A stretch of DNA of 38,342 bases from Nemertoderma westbladi (lineage: Eukaryota; Animalia; Xenacoelomorpha): the NCBI GenBank assembly GCA_032718475.1, contig JAUCBJ010007199.1, positions 1 through 38,342 of the forward strand, given 5' to 3'. The stretch's first letter is position 1, and the number at the start of each line of letters is the position of its first letter. Shown piece by piece: positions 23,460 to 34,405 of the stretch. The notes beneath the pieces are model-generated. The model saw nothing but the letters and a program-made list of their open reading frames with translations, had not been told where the DNA came from and did not search any database. A program made the position numbers and the translations under genes.

Positions 23460-23572
23460 ATGAGTGTCGCGGATTACACACAAACCGTTGAGGATCATTG
23501 CAAGATATTAATTCTTGTTAAACCAATTAGTATCGGAAATGGCACCAAGGCAACAGACTTTAAGTTTAACAG
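23460..23572 (+). CDS. TRAPPC9: TRAPPC9 (NIBP/Trs120) coding exon 1
   Basis: MSVADYTQTVEDHCKILILVKPI matches the TRAPPC9 N-terminus (MSVPDY....EDH..LLV.V.P); donor AG|GTGAGT, phase 2. Confidence 0.88.
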
Positions 23573-23694
23573 GTGAGTCTTTTAGATTTGTTCAGTTGTT
23601 TGTACGGCTGTACGATGTCTCGACTGCAGGATTGCTCGATGTCTCGGGCGTTTGTCTAGTTGTCTAATAACTAATGCTTAATACCAGAATACGT

Positions 23695-23927
23695 GGTTGT
23701 CGTTCATATGCGTACCTCTGGCAAAAGAAGCAGGTTACAGTGGTGGTGTTTTCTAACCAAAACAATAAACTAATCTCCATTACTTAATTAACGGAAAGGA
23801 GCAGGTTACAGTGGTGGGCTTTTCTAACCAAAACAATAAACAATATCTCAATAACATAGGGTATTTCATACTTAGTCTTATTTTTGCAATACGAAAATAC
23901 CAGAGGTACGCATATGAACTATAACTG
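23695..23927. mobile_element. MITE with 20-bp perfect inverted repeat carrying two 68-bp-repeat monomers
   Basis: GTTCATATGCGTACCTCTGG (23702-23721) / CCAGAGGTACGCATATGAAC (23900-23919). Confidence 0.65.
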
Positions 23928-24160
23928 AATACCTAAAGTTACCGGTACCTAATTGCCTAATTCACTAGTCTGCCAAATTTTTCTACAAATCTTAATTAAA
24001 TTGTACGAAATTTGAAACATGAAACATAGATAGTTTCACCTCCATCCTCCTTGGCTGCTTGGGTGAGCCAGAATTTTTATTTTTGCTTTCAATCTTTAGC
24101 TGCAATGCAAGCGTTTGAAAAAGGTGTCTTCGTCTATATTTAACCAGTTACATTGCAGTT

Positions 24161-24340
24161 ATTACTACTACTAGGTCGAGCGAACTGGGACAGTAGAAAT
24201 GAGATCCTTCTAGGCTTCCCGATTCTCCATAGTTGTCACAATTTAGTTTCTCTCAAGTTCATTATCCCTTTCAAGCTGGTCTATATATGTTACAGCCGGT
24301 CGTCCACGGGTACGCGTCCCATGTGTTGGTTGCCAGAAAA
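24161..24340 (-). mobile_element. RTE family 2, short 3' fragment
   Basis: Homologous to 19938-20125, including the (CTA)n tail. Confidence 0.75.
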
Positions 24341-24519
24341 GTAGAGAGAACAATTACATAGGCCTACGTAATAATAGGCGCACAAAAGTATGCTTCGCAA
24401 ACGGTTACTACCTCGGCAACAGCCACATACAAATTCCAGACATTTTAATAAATTTCCAAGAACCTTAGTAGCTACCATATTCATTTTACCAAATTTGCGT
24501 ATATAAGAAGTTTACAGCC

Positions 24520-25330
24520 ATAAACCATGTCCTGGAATACAGTGTCGTAATTCAGTGACACCCCCCCCCCCCCCTCCCCCAAATTTTTCTAAAAATCTTA
24601 ATGGGATTGCATGAAATTTGAAACAGATAGTTTCACCTACCGGGTGAGCCAGAATTTTTATTTTGCTTTCAATCTTCAGCTACAAGCGTTTGAAAAAGTG
24701 TCTCCGTCGATATTACACCAGTTACACCGCAGTTATTCTTCAACCTTATAGTGATTTGTTGTTACTGATAGAACGCTGGCCATGCAAGGATTCCAAATAT
24801 ATAAAAATATTTGAATTTCGTTGAAAAATAACTGAGATATGGGCGTTCGAAAGTTGCATGTATTTGCTTCCGCTGCAGGCCATTTGTTCTATTTAATAAA
24901 TTTACCATGTTCTAGAACAGTTTGTTTATCTCATAAGTAGCTGGTCAATATTGCAATGCCTATAATAATAATACGATTACATGGATATTCAAACTCACAC
25001 ATAAACAAAATATTCTATAACATTGTGTACTTATTAAATAGAATAAATGGCCTACACCGGAAGCAAATACATGCAACATTCGAATGCCCCATTCCCAACG
25101 AAATGCAAATATTTTTCCATTTTTGGAATCCTTGCACGGTCAGCTTTCTATCAGTACCAACAAATCACTATACGGTTGAAGAATAACTGCGGTGTAACTG
25201 GCGCAATACCGACGGAGACACTTTTCAAACGCTTATAGCTAAAGATTGAAAGCGAAAATGAAAATTCTGACTCACCCAGTAAGTAGTCGGGAGGTGAGAC
25301 TATCTCTGTTTCAAATTTCATGCAATCTCA
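24520..25330. mobile_element. Long-TIR DNA element (same family as 3108-3647) in TRAPPC9 intron 1
   Basis: About 24600-24890 and 25040-25330 are inverted copies (e.g. CCGCAGTTATTCTTCAACC / GGTTGAAGAATAACTGCGG). Confidence 0.7.
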
Positions 25331-25360
25331 TTACTACTTTATTTTAATTTTTTTTTCTAG

Positions 25361-25592
25361 AATTCTACAGATGATAAATAATCTGAGCATGGTGACGATC
25401 CCCGATGAATCCCGCCAGATCCATATCCGATATCAGCGGGTTGTTCCGCTGGAGAACAACGATTGGGGAGAATTCCAGGCCCATCGGAAGGTGATGGGAC
25501 TCGTGGCGGTTGGATTCCTCACCCAGCTCGACACTGACCCGTCAACAGAAACACAAGTAACCAAAATCGTCGAACTATTCGACAATTTAAAG
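25361..25592 (+). CDS. TRAPPC9: TRAPPC9 coding exon 2
   Basis: IHIRY...PLENNDWGEFQAHRKVMGLV matches the conserved YIRY..PPENNEWGDFQTHRKVVGL; tttctag acceptor, AAG|gtgatt donor; phases are compatible. Confidence 0.92.
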
Positions 25593-25717
25593 GTGATTAC
25601 TTACTGAATTATGTAATTGGACTCTAATTAACCAACTCAATTGAATTAATCTGATCGCCATTAATAAATTGCTGACTTTTAGTAAATTTAAGTTTTAACT
25701 TACTTTTTTTTCTGCAG

Positions 25718-25857
25718 GAGAAATATGGGGCCACGTTGTATAACAGTAGGTGTATTGTGATTGGTCAAACCGCTAACCAATCGAACGAGCAGCTTCGTTC
25801 TGACATTCTATTCTACTTGAGTTTGGACCAATCGGATTCATTAGATAAGGACATCAG
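25718..25857 (+). CDS. TRAPPC9: TRAPPC9 coding exon 3
   Basis: EKYGATLYNSRCIVIG matches EIYGSTLYDSRLFVFG; ctgcag acceptor, AG|gttatt donor. Confidence 0.88.
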
Positions 25858-26372
25858 GTTATTTAGTTTATTGGGGCGCGGGGGGGGGGGGGGGGGGGGG
25901 GGTGTTAACTGTACAGTTTGCATATTTTGATGCTTCAGCTGTCTGTCTTAATATGCCGTAACAACGGGCTAGTTAAATACCGTTGGCTTAACCATATTGA
26001 CGCGTACTTACGGTTCGATGGAGATTACAACTGATTACTCTTAATAATATAACTGTAACCTGTTCTATTGACATTCGTTTATTAATTTTTATTGTCCGTT
26101 TAAATCCTTTTTTTGTCCTTTTTTTTATTTTTTATGTCCTCCAAAAATCTAATGTTAGGTTCCATGCTACCGGTTTCTCTACTGCTGTTCTCTCAGGCTA
26201 TCAGTACCGGTATTAGTATATATAGCACTATTTTGCTGTATTGTATGTACAGATGTAGGTATAAAGCAGGCATTTCTGTATTTTAGTACCGGTACCGGCA
26301 CCGGTACTGCTGTAGGCCTATTGTGTAGCCTACCATTTAAATACGGTACTGGTAGGCCTACCGGCTGACCGG

Positions 26373-26843
26373 TTGTTTTGGTTAGAAAATCCCGCCTCTG
26401 TAACCTGCCCCTTTCCCTCAATTAATTAAGTGATCGTTTATTGTTTTGGTTAGGAAATCCCGCCTCTGTAACCTGCTCCTTTCTCTCAATTGGTAATGTT
26501 ATCGTTTATTGTTTTGGTTAGAAAATCCCGTCTCTGTAACCTGCTCCTTTCCCTGATTTGGTAAAGTGACTGTTTATTGTTTTGGTTAGAAAATCCCGCA
26601 TCTGTAACCTGCTCCTTTCTCTCAATTGGTAATGTTATCGTTTATTGTTTTGGTTAGAAAATCCTGTCTCTGTAACCTGCTCCTTTCCCTCAATTAGTTA
26701 AATGATCGTTTATTGTTTTGGTTAGAAAATCCCGCCTCTGTAACCTGCTCCTTTACCTGATTTGGCAAAGTGGCTGTTTATTGTTTTGGTTAGAAAATCC
26801 GGCCTTAACCTGCTCCTTTCCATCAATTGGTAATTGTTTTTGG
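26373..26843. repeat. 68-bp tandem repeat, ~7 units
   Basis: TTGTTTTGGTTAG recurs at 26373, 26441, 26509, 26577, 26645, 26713 and 26781. Confidence 0.92.
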
Positions 26844-27266
26844 CTATAAAATGAGTGTTTTGCAACGTCATGTGGTAATCGATTATCGACAACAACCACA
26901 AACTATTAAATTTAGAGTCTTTTACCACAGGCGCATATGGAAATCTATCTCATAGTCTATAAATCATGGAATCATGGAATGTTTTGGCACAGGCATAGTG
27001 AAACCAACTGTCCGACAGTCCAGAATTCAACAAATTTTGAATGTTTTGGCATAGGCATGTTGAAATCAACTGTCTGACAGTCCAGAAATCAGTTTGACAG
27101 TTCTGACAGTTTGAAGAAATACATACATAAAAAGTCATTAAAAGGACAATAAAAGTCATTAAAAGAACAACAAAAGTCATTATGCACAATTCGTAAAAAA
27201 AGGAGGACAAAAAAGTCAAATAAAATGACATAAAAAATCACTGCCTTATTTCAATTTATTCCGCAG

Positions 27267-27518
27267 GGATTTTGTTTCTTCGATTTTCTGGGTTCTCGAG
27301 TCGAAGAATCGAGACAAATCATACGAACGATCGGAGCGACTGCCGCTACTCTCGGTCCCTATAGAGAAGCGCGACCTGGTCGGTATGGATACGGACAGTC
27401 GCAGTTACAAGAAGAAGTGTCTGGGCCGGTTGAGGAAGAACCTGGGCGACGTCTGTCTCATGTTGAACCTCACCCAGGACGCACTCATTCACTATAGAAC
27501 CGCCGTCGATTTGTGCAA
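27267..27518 (+). CDS. TRAPPC9: TRAPPC9 coding exon 4
   Basis: DFVSSIFWVLESK...PLLSVPIEKRDLVGMDTDSRSYKKKCLGRLRKNLGDVCL matches TRAPPC9; ccgcag acceptor, AA|gtttgt donor. Confidence 0.92.
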
Positions 27519-28108
27519 GTTTGTTACTTTGACGGTTATTGCGTAAGGGTTTGTTTTTACGCACTCATTATGCCATTTGGCAGGATTTATAACTACCGGC
27601 ACTAAAGGATTATAAAATAACTGAGACAGTGTTCCATCGGAAATCGGCTAAGGCTATACTGACCGGACCCGTTGCTCAACCGGACCCGTTGACCGGACCC
27701 ATTGACCAGACCCATTGCCATGTAAAGGAGCAGGCAAGTAAAGGACCAGGTTACAGAGGCGTTTTGGGGGAATCAAAACAATAAACGAAAGTTAACACAT
27801 TTTATAACAGTTCATAAAATGGAGTACAAAGTTGAGGTAATAAGGGCCGGTCAATAATACACAAGTAAAATATATATCAAATATAACGTACGGTCAATGG
27901 GTCCGGTCAGTAGCCACTTCCACGGAAATCCTATAATAAAGTATTCAGCTGTAAAGGCGAATATGTAAGTGGAACTTATTCCTATTTTGCCTATTTGATA
28001 AAGTGATTCTTTTCGTTTTTCTAATGAGTCGCATTTCAGTACCCATTAGTTTAGTTTAGATATCCTGTAAATTACTGGAACATTATATTGTATTGTTTTT
28101 CTCTTTAG

Positions 28109-28359
28109 ATCTTGTAACGACTTTCTATGGTTGGCCGGTTCTTTAGAAGGTCTTTGTGTCGCTTCGTTAACTAGCCAATCCCAAATGGATGAGTCATCGT
28201 CTCTTCACCGCATTGCCTCCTTCCAAGGATCAGCTGCAGGTCTCCTAGCCGTTTCTAACGCTAGAAGCCACCGCAACCGGTTGCTAGGGTCCACCCTTGC
28301 GGAGGGGGGACTTCCGGTACCCAAACTGAAGTATGAATTGTCATTTGATGAAATTATCG
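28109..28359 (+). CDS. TRAPPC9: TRAPPC9 coding exon 5 (gene presumably continues beyond the window)
   Basis: SCNDFLWLAGSLEGLCVAS matches SVNDFLWLGAALEGLCSAS; ctttag acceptor. Donor is G|gtaggt at 28359, with an alternative AG|gt at 28363. Confidence 0.88.
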
Positions 28360-28449
28360 GTAGGTGGACTACCTTGTGACGTCATTGTTTTGCCCTACTG
28401 AGACTTTGACTGATACAATCTTCTCCATTTTATGTTAAGTAGCACTTTA

Positions 28450-29071
28450 TGTGATAGCAATGTGATTAGTTTTATAGCAGAGTCAAGCTGTTTTTTTCGG
28501 CGCGTTGTTGTGGGGTAATAGCTGTACTCAGATGATTATTATGTTTTGTTTCGCAACGGAAGGAACAATAGAGTGAAATTATAAAGGGAGAACGATATAT
28601 ACGGTATAGTAAAGTGTGCCGTACCTGACTAACTGTTGGGTATCAATACCACAAGTGCATGTTCCAATCACGTTAATTGTTGTTCCCCGTGTACGCTGTA
28701 CGGATAGATGACAGATTGGGTGCTCCTTTTACGTGTTTAAACAACTCATATAAAAGACAGGCCGTCAACTTGCTTTGGGTTCGCTGCTGTGCCTCATGAT
28801 GTGGTTGTGTAGGTGTGTACCTGTGCGTACAGCCTTGCCGAGTTCGTTCCCTTCTTTGGCCGGCCCGTCCTTGTGTTGTTTAAAGCGTTCAAACAAGTCT
28901 TGATGATGTGTTCAAAATACCCCACCCTCCCCCCCCCCCACCCCACAAGAGGACAAGTGAATAAATAAAGAACGTAATGATATCCGGGACGGTGCGTCGA
29001 GCAGATCGACAGGAGTTACCGTGTCTATCTGAGCTGATGGTACCAAACATGTGAGAGGTACATCGATAACA
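28450..29071 (+). repeat. Possible LTR of a third, unrelated element
   Basis: TGTGAT...ATAACA ends, TATAAAA at about 28749 and AATAAA at about 28960. No second copy or TSD in the window. Confidence 0.3.
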
Positions 29072-29214
29072 TGACATGACTCGGAGTTCAAGTTCACCCT
29101 TGAGTTGAAAATTGAGATGGAGCAACAGACCGGTTGTCTGTGCTGTTGGGCATTTGCTCTTCAAGTCGTTTTGTTTGGGATACGAATAAGTCACCCACCT
29201 ATGATCTAAAGGCC

Positions 29215-30407
29215 TGTTCGCGCTTTTAGACCTTTGGCAGTTTAACCCGCCAAATTAGGATGTCTTCTAGATAATAAATCACTTTTAGCCTATGACAAGT
29301 ATTTAATTCACTACACTAGTCGAAACCAATCTGTGCGCGATCATTCACCCGCTGGATATACCCGGGAGATTGGGTTCGACGGCTTAATCTTATTGCTATG
29401 TAAGCTTAATGTATTATTCGACTGACAGTATTATATAATCTCTGACAATATTATTCACCTTCGGGAATATTAACAGTTCCTTTAGGACGTGGCGCTCTAT
29501 CTATATAAACAGAGTTATGACTTAAACTACTCACAACGATATGGCTTAGTTATAATTCACATATATGGCGCATTCTTTAGGAAATGCTTCGTTATCAGAC
29601 TCACTCATACACAATGCTGCACAATACTGCACACTGATCTGCCGATCTTCACTGATTTTAGTTATATATAAAAGGAACACGGACTGACTCATGTAGGGTC
29701 TATCAAATAACATTAGATTCACTTCAAACCACTTTAACATAAGTCACAATCGTTATATGTAACCTTTCTCTCTTACCTTCGGTATATCAAGAATATTGGG
29801 TTTCGGGGTTATTTATCGTTATTCCAAATATAATAATTCATCAACCATATTATGAAGAACTGACAGTAAATAGCAGTATAACAATATAAAAGTATGCAAG
29901 AAAGACCAAACATCAGTTTAGTTTGGATTGGATTGTTATGCACAGTGATTCAGTGTGATAACGGATATATGTCCTTATAATTAAGCCTACTAGTGTTAGA
30001 CTAAAACAGAAAAGCACAAAATATTTCCAAGCCGTTCTCTCCTGGCTCAGGAAGAAAGACCAACAACACTGAAAACTGATGTAAGAATAACCTTATTTAC
30101 AAAAGCTTCCACCCACCACAGAGAAAGAGCATACAGATAGGAAAATTCAGTTCAGTAGATCTGTGATAGGTCGAAATCAAAATCAACTCAAATCCTATTG
30201 GCAGATACAGAAAGCAGGGCTGTGGGGCAACTTTCCCAAGCTGGTTGGACAATCAAACGTAGCCCAGATCCCTTCGCACAGCAAATCAGCCAATCAGCCG
30301 GTAGCTTGCACTATTCGAGTTATAGATCCCTTTTTAGAGTATTCCAGCGCCTGGGGGGAACTGGTTAGCAAGGCAAACGAATCAGTTATCCCACAAAAGC
30401 TTTTACA
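29215..30407 (-). repeat. LTR A (1193 bp), 3' LTR
   Basis: Same termini (TGTTCGCGC ... CAAAAGCTTTTACA) as the TSD-flanked solo LTR at 34406-35608; flanks AGGCC/CCGCT are not a TSD; preceded on the minus strand by a purine-rich tract. Confidence 0.85.
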
Positions 30408-30416
30408 CCGCTCCCA
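30408..30416 (-). other. Polypurine-tract-like sequence
   Basis: Minus strand TGGGAGCGG immediately precedes the TGTAAAAG LTR start. Confidence 0.55.
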
Positions 30417-30485
30417 GAAAATGGGATTTAAGTCTATAAAATATACAAAATCACAATTTCTAATATACATAAATACTCTAAACAG

Positions 30486-33400
30486 TTAGTCTTTCTTGCG
30501 CGGACGGCGTTTACGCAGTTTTTTAAAGCTAGCAAGAGTCCTTTTCTCTTTGGGGCGAGCCACTTTACGAGGAGGGCTGTAGCTCCTAGGCGAAGGGTGC
30601 AATATAATTGCATCAGAAGGTGCAGGGTTACGATCGGTATACCCGCCGGTCGAAGTACCTGGTTGATTAATATCAACCTCAGTGGAGCGAGGTCTAACGG
30701 CCTTTAGAGCGCGTCTCAGGACAGCAGCTCCTACGGGTCCTTGACGGGTCGTCTGGACACTAGCGGTGGGTGGACCGTGAGTGGTGAGGAACTTTCTCGG
30801 TTTAATGGTTCTCTCCAGCTCGCGTTCTCGGGTTCGATATTCATATGGTCGCCGAGATATTTCCTGTAGTTCAGGATGCGAGTTCACAAAGATGTCGCCA
30901 TACTCAGGGTCCTGACGGATAAAATTGATCAGGTGATATGTGGTTATATCATTAGGGTTAACGTTTCTAAGGTATTTCCTGACAAACTTGGTGGAAATAC
31001 ACTCACCAACACGCTTCATTAACTCATAACTTGGTACGCGTGTTTTCTGTTCAATCGACGCGAATAGATAAGGATGGAACGCGTAAACTCCCTCGTAAGC
31101 TCGTCCAGGGTAATAGCGATGTCGGGATTCGCAATGTAAATCGGCGTTCGCTTCCCAAGCTCGGATGTATCGCAGGGTGATCATCTCGTCTACGCTCTCT
31201 AAATCGCGATTAAAGGGACAATTGTAACTTTCATGTCCTTTAAGTTGACAGTAGTGACATTGAGTCATAAATTGTGGGCAGACGGCAAATATATGAGAGT
31301 TATTAAGCCGGCAATAAGCACAATATATTTCCATCATCGGTTGTTCGAGGAAATAGGAACAAGGTACGCTCGAGTCTAGAGGAGTGAAGTGGTCTCTCGA
31401 TGCGCATAATCGACAAAGTTTTCGAGAAACGTAGTTGGCGTGTCGATAATCGTACGCTGTGAGACGCTGTGGACCTTGATACCACTCTATGACATAATCA
31501 TTGTCACTGCTCCGGGAAGCTGTAGGTTGAATCGCTTCTGATTCCAAGCATACTGGTTCATCCTCCAGCTGTATAGACGAAGTGGGTGCGTCGGTTTCCG
31601 TAAGTGGACCCACTGTCTGTATTTCCACGACAGAATAACCTGTAGATATTCGGGGTCTTTGTATAACGGATGAATGTAGGTTCTGTATACAAACGTCTTG
31701 AAAAACGGCAAATCCAGCGCTACTCAGTTTCTCCGCAGCTGAGTCTCTCAGACTGAGTTTGGTCAGCGCGCGGTCCTTGAACTGACTATCGACGTTACGG
31801 AACGGAGTCAGAAAGCGCCGGAAACATTCGAAACGTATGAACTTATTGTGTTCGTCTAACTTGGCGAGTTTAGTTCCAAGTATTAAGGGATGAGCGCGTA
31901 TGGTACGACTGCACACATCGGCTAGCCAACCGGCAAGTGCTGCGTTTTCAAAGATCGTGTATATAGCTAAGGAAGGACGAAGTGGAACACTCATAAAGCT
32001 ATATACGGCACCAGGCGCAGTTAATGGTCCATCAAAATATAAACGAGAGTAATGATCTCCATATACTTGCTGGTAATTGGTAGGATTTCCAACTTTGAAA
32101 TTCCATCCATATTCTTGAAAGGCAAGATGTCCGATGGATGTCCGTTGTACCTTAGTAATGTCGCTGGGTGTATGGGCATACATAGTGCGAAAGAAACCTC
32201 GCTCTTCGGCCCAAGGAGCAATCAGCTGAGTATCAACGAAAGGGTATGGAATGTTTTCCATATTCCGGAAGTCGTTTTGGAGATCTCCATAAACAGCTGA
32301 GCCGATTTTTAGGATTCTTTCGTTAAACAACATTTCGAGCACGGGTTGGGGTAACATTGATCCGTCGATACCCATGGCCGGTTTGCGCTCGGTGTCAGTG
32401 ACGTAACGCTGCGCGAGCTCGAATTGTCCATGTCGAAGTTTCTTTTGTGTCTCTGTAAGGGTTTCAAAAGAATAATCGATCACGTCGGAACACGCTCGAG
32501 TGAATACGTGGGTAGAACCAGCGAGTCCTCGTATATGTATCATTCGCGTAGTTCCTAGTTCTCCCACCGGAACGCTACCTTCGTTGTCATAAGTAACAAC
32601 GCCATACATCTCGATAACGTTAAGAGTCTCGTTCCATTCTTTAGTGGCGTTTTCGAGAGTCATTCCCACTGGATGCCACAAAGTAGCGCATTCGCTAGCA
32701 TTGGGTAAATCTCTATACTTTAAGCATTGTGTAGTATAGGTTTCCACATCTCCATATCGTTTTATTCTTTCTTCCTCGAATAACACGTCAAGATTCCAGT
32801 GTACCAATCGAGTTTTAATGAATCCATCAAGATTGTACGGAGGTAATATTTCTTTCTCTATTCTGGAAATATTATACGGTTTTCGAAATGAGTTTAGTTT
32901 AACTAGCTGATCTAGATGTTTTTGTAGTTGTTCGAGTTCGACGAGGTCGAGAGGATTAATCAATGGTAGAAACTTCAGACTATGCGTAGGATCTTCTGGT
33001 TTTACCATGTAATATTGCTTTAAATTGACGTAATAAGGATGATCCTTAATTCCATAAAATGAGTCCGGCAAAGGTCTAGCGCGTATGTTAACATCGTGCA
33101 CCATGCGACGGACAAGATCCGCTCTATTGTCCGGAGGCTCAACAAGTACGCCATCGACACGAGCAGCCTCGACGGGTGGACGTTGTAGCATGGGAGCGTC
33201 AGCAACGAGCTCTTGAGATCTGAGATCGGTGTTAACTGGTTGAGGCTGTACCGTAGCAAAGAGCTTGTCTTTAAAATGAGGAACCATAGAGGGGTGGAGA
33301 ATCGTTTTGGAATAGAGATCCGTCACGAGAATTTGAGCTTCTGGTTGGGCTAAAGCTGCTTCTTCCCTCTCAGTCAGCTCTATATGTCTCTCCTCGAGCT

Positions 33401-33626
33401 GATTTTCCTCCGCTTGTTGTTGCAAGCGCTCGTCCAGGAATTCCTGTAAAGAGTAGGTTCGTCCACGTTCGATGTCCTCCTCTAGATTTTGTATTTCTCT
33501 ATCGAACTGGGGTAAAGCTAGTTCTTTCACTGCTTGGACTTGTTGTTGCAATTTACGTTTCTCCAAGCAATCGTAAGTTCCCTTTCCGATTTTCTGCCGA
33601 ATAGCGTCCAATGCATTTCGTATCAC
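30486..33626 (-). CDS. 1046-aa retroelement accessory protein: coiled coil, DEDDy 3'-5' exonuclease domain, three CCHC-type Zn knuckles, basic tail
   Basis: ExoI VVTYDNEG, LPQPVLEMLFNERILKIGSAVYGDL (ExoII), FVDTQ, TSIGHLA and PL....IYTIFE (ExoIII) occur in the order of RNase D/WRN/EXD domains. CHYCQLKGHESYNC is a canonical CX2CX4HX4C. The C-terminus is KKLRKRRPRKKD. Confidence 0.78.
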   Translation of the reverse strand: MIRNALDAIRQKIGKGTYDCLEKRKLQQQVQAVKELALPQFDREIQNLEEDIERGRTYSLQEFLDERLQQQAEENQLEERHIELTEREEAALAQPEAQILVTDLYSKTILHPSMVPHFKDKLFATVQPQPVNTDLRSQELVADAPMLQRPPVEAARVDGVLVEPPDNRADLVRRMVHDVNIRARPLPDSFYGIKDHPYYVNLKQYYMVKPEDPTHSLKFLPLINPLDLVELEQLQKHLDQLVKLNSFRKPYNISRIEKEILPPYNLDGFIKTRLVHWNLDVLFEEERIKRYGDVETYTTQCLKYRDLPNASECATLWHPVGMTLENATKEWNETLNVIEMYGVVTYDNEGSVPVGELGTTRMIHIRGLAGSTHVFTRACSDVIDYSFETLTETQKKLRHGQFELAQRYVTDTERKPAMGIDGSMLPQPVLEMLFNERILKIGSAVYGDLQNDFRNMENIPYPFVDTQLIAPWAEERGFFRTMYAHTPSDITKVQRTSIGHLAFQEYGWNFKVGNPTNYQQVYGDHYSRLYFDGPLTAPGAVYSFMSVPLRPSLAIYTIFENAALAGWLADVCSRTIRAHPLILGTKLAKLDEHNKFIRFECFRRFLTPFRNVDSQFKDRALTKLSLRDSAAEKLSSAGFAVFQDVCIQNLHSSVIQRPRISTGYSVVEIQTVGPLTETDAPTSSIQLEDEPVCLESEAIQPTASRSSDNDYVIEWYQGPQRLTAYDYRHANYVSRKLCRLCASRDHFTPLDSSVPCSYFLEQPMMEIYCAYCRLNNSHIFAVCPQFMTQCHYCQLKGHESYNCPFNRDLESVDEMITLRYIRAWEANADLHCESRHRYYPGRAYEGVYAFHPYLFASIEQKTRVPSYELMKRVGECISTKFVRKYLRNVNPNDITTYHLINFIRQDPEYGDIFVNSHPELQEISRRPYEYRTRERELERTIKPRKFLTTHGPPTASVQTTRQGPVGAAVLRRALKAVRPRSTEVDINQPGTSTGGYTDRNPAPSDAIILHPSPRSYSPPRKVARPKEKRTLASFKKLRKRRPRKKD

Positions 33627-33697
33627 GCTCTCTTCGACTTCTGTTACAGGTTGGATAGGAGGGAGGCCAGGACGGTTGTAGGGGTTAAACGGTGATA

Positions 33698-34405
33698 TTA
33701 CATTAGATGACCGCGTCCTAGTCCAGCGAGGTAAGGTTGGCGAATATCTAACGAACCCACTACCGGAGTGCCCCCAATCAACTGTTCAGGTAACACTAGA
33801 TCTTTGAACAGTGAGTACAGTTCGGGAGGATCCGTAATACTATTAGGATCTAGAGTTTGAGGTATCACTTGGGAATGGGGAGGTCTGACCGAGTATTCCG
33901 GAACTCTGATCATGGGTTTATTCAATGATCGCTTAAGGCGCGCGACTGTAGGTGATACGTCGAAAAGGTTACGCTCGAAACTCCCATAAGTATATCGTGT
34001 AAAACTGTGTTTAGCGCAACGTCTCCGCGGATGCTTATGCCTTTCGATTTGCTGGTTAGGTCTAGGGCATTCGTCACAGTAATACCAAAGACGCACGTCT
34101 TGAAGGGGAAACGCGGGTGATCGCTCTCCAGTTTTACAATATTCCTCCATCTGTTCGAAGCTATCTGGAACGACAGGGAGTGGTCGATCGGCGGTAAGAT
34201 ACATCATCGTAAAATAGAGCCGTTTGAGTTCCGTCATAGGATCTGGATGTATACCTTGAGGATATCGAGTTTCGAGGTTTTGTTGACTAGCAACATTGAG
34301 ATAGGTCTCTCTTAGGAATTCTAGATATTCGTTGAAGTCGCTACGTTTATCAGGTTCTTCAACGTCTTCTCTTTCGAGTTTATTTCGAATAGAGTTCTCG
34401 TGTTC
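33698..34405 (-). pseudogene. Middle fragment of the same large ORF
   Basis: Open frame EHENSIRNKLERE...MTELKRL...GRGHLM; in frame with 35952-35614 once the solo LTR is removed. Confidence 0.8.

Noticed and set aside
26373-26843. CRISPR-like array (conserved part alternating with variable part)
   Set aside because: The variable parts are homologous and recur, there are no cas genes, and the context is a eukaryotic intron; it is a minisatellite.
30486-33626. Gag, pol or env annotation for the 1046-aa ORF
   Set aside because: No protease DSG/DTG, RT YxDD, integrase, signal peptide or TM segment recognised; its position and exonuclease motifs fit an accessory ORF.
33627-33730. Programmed -1 frameshift between the 179-aa and 1046-aa ORFs
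   Set aside because: No clear slippery heptamer seen, and the paralogue lacks the 5 extra nt and reads through in frame; a mutation is more likely.
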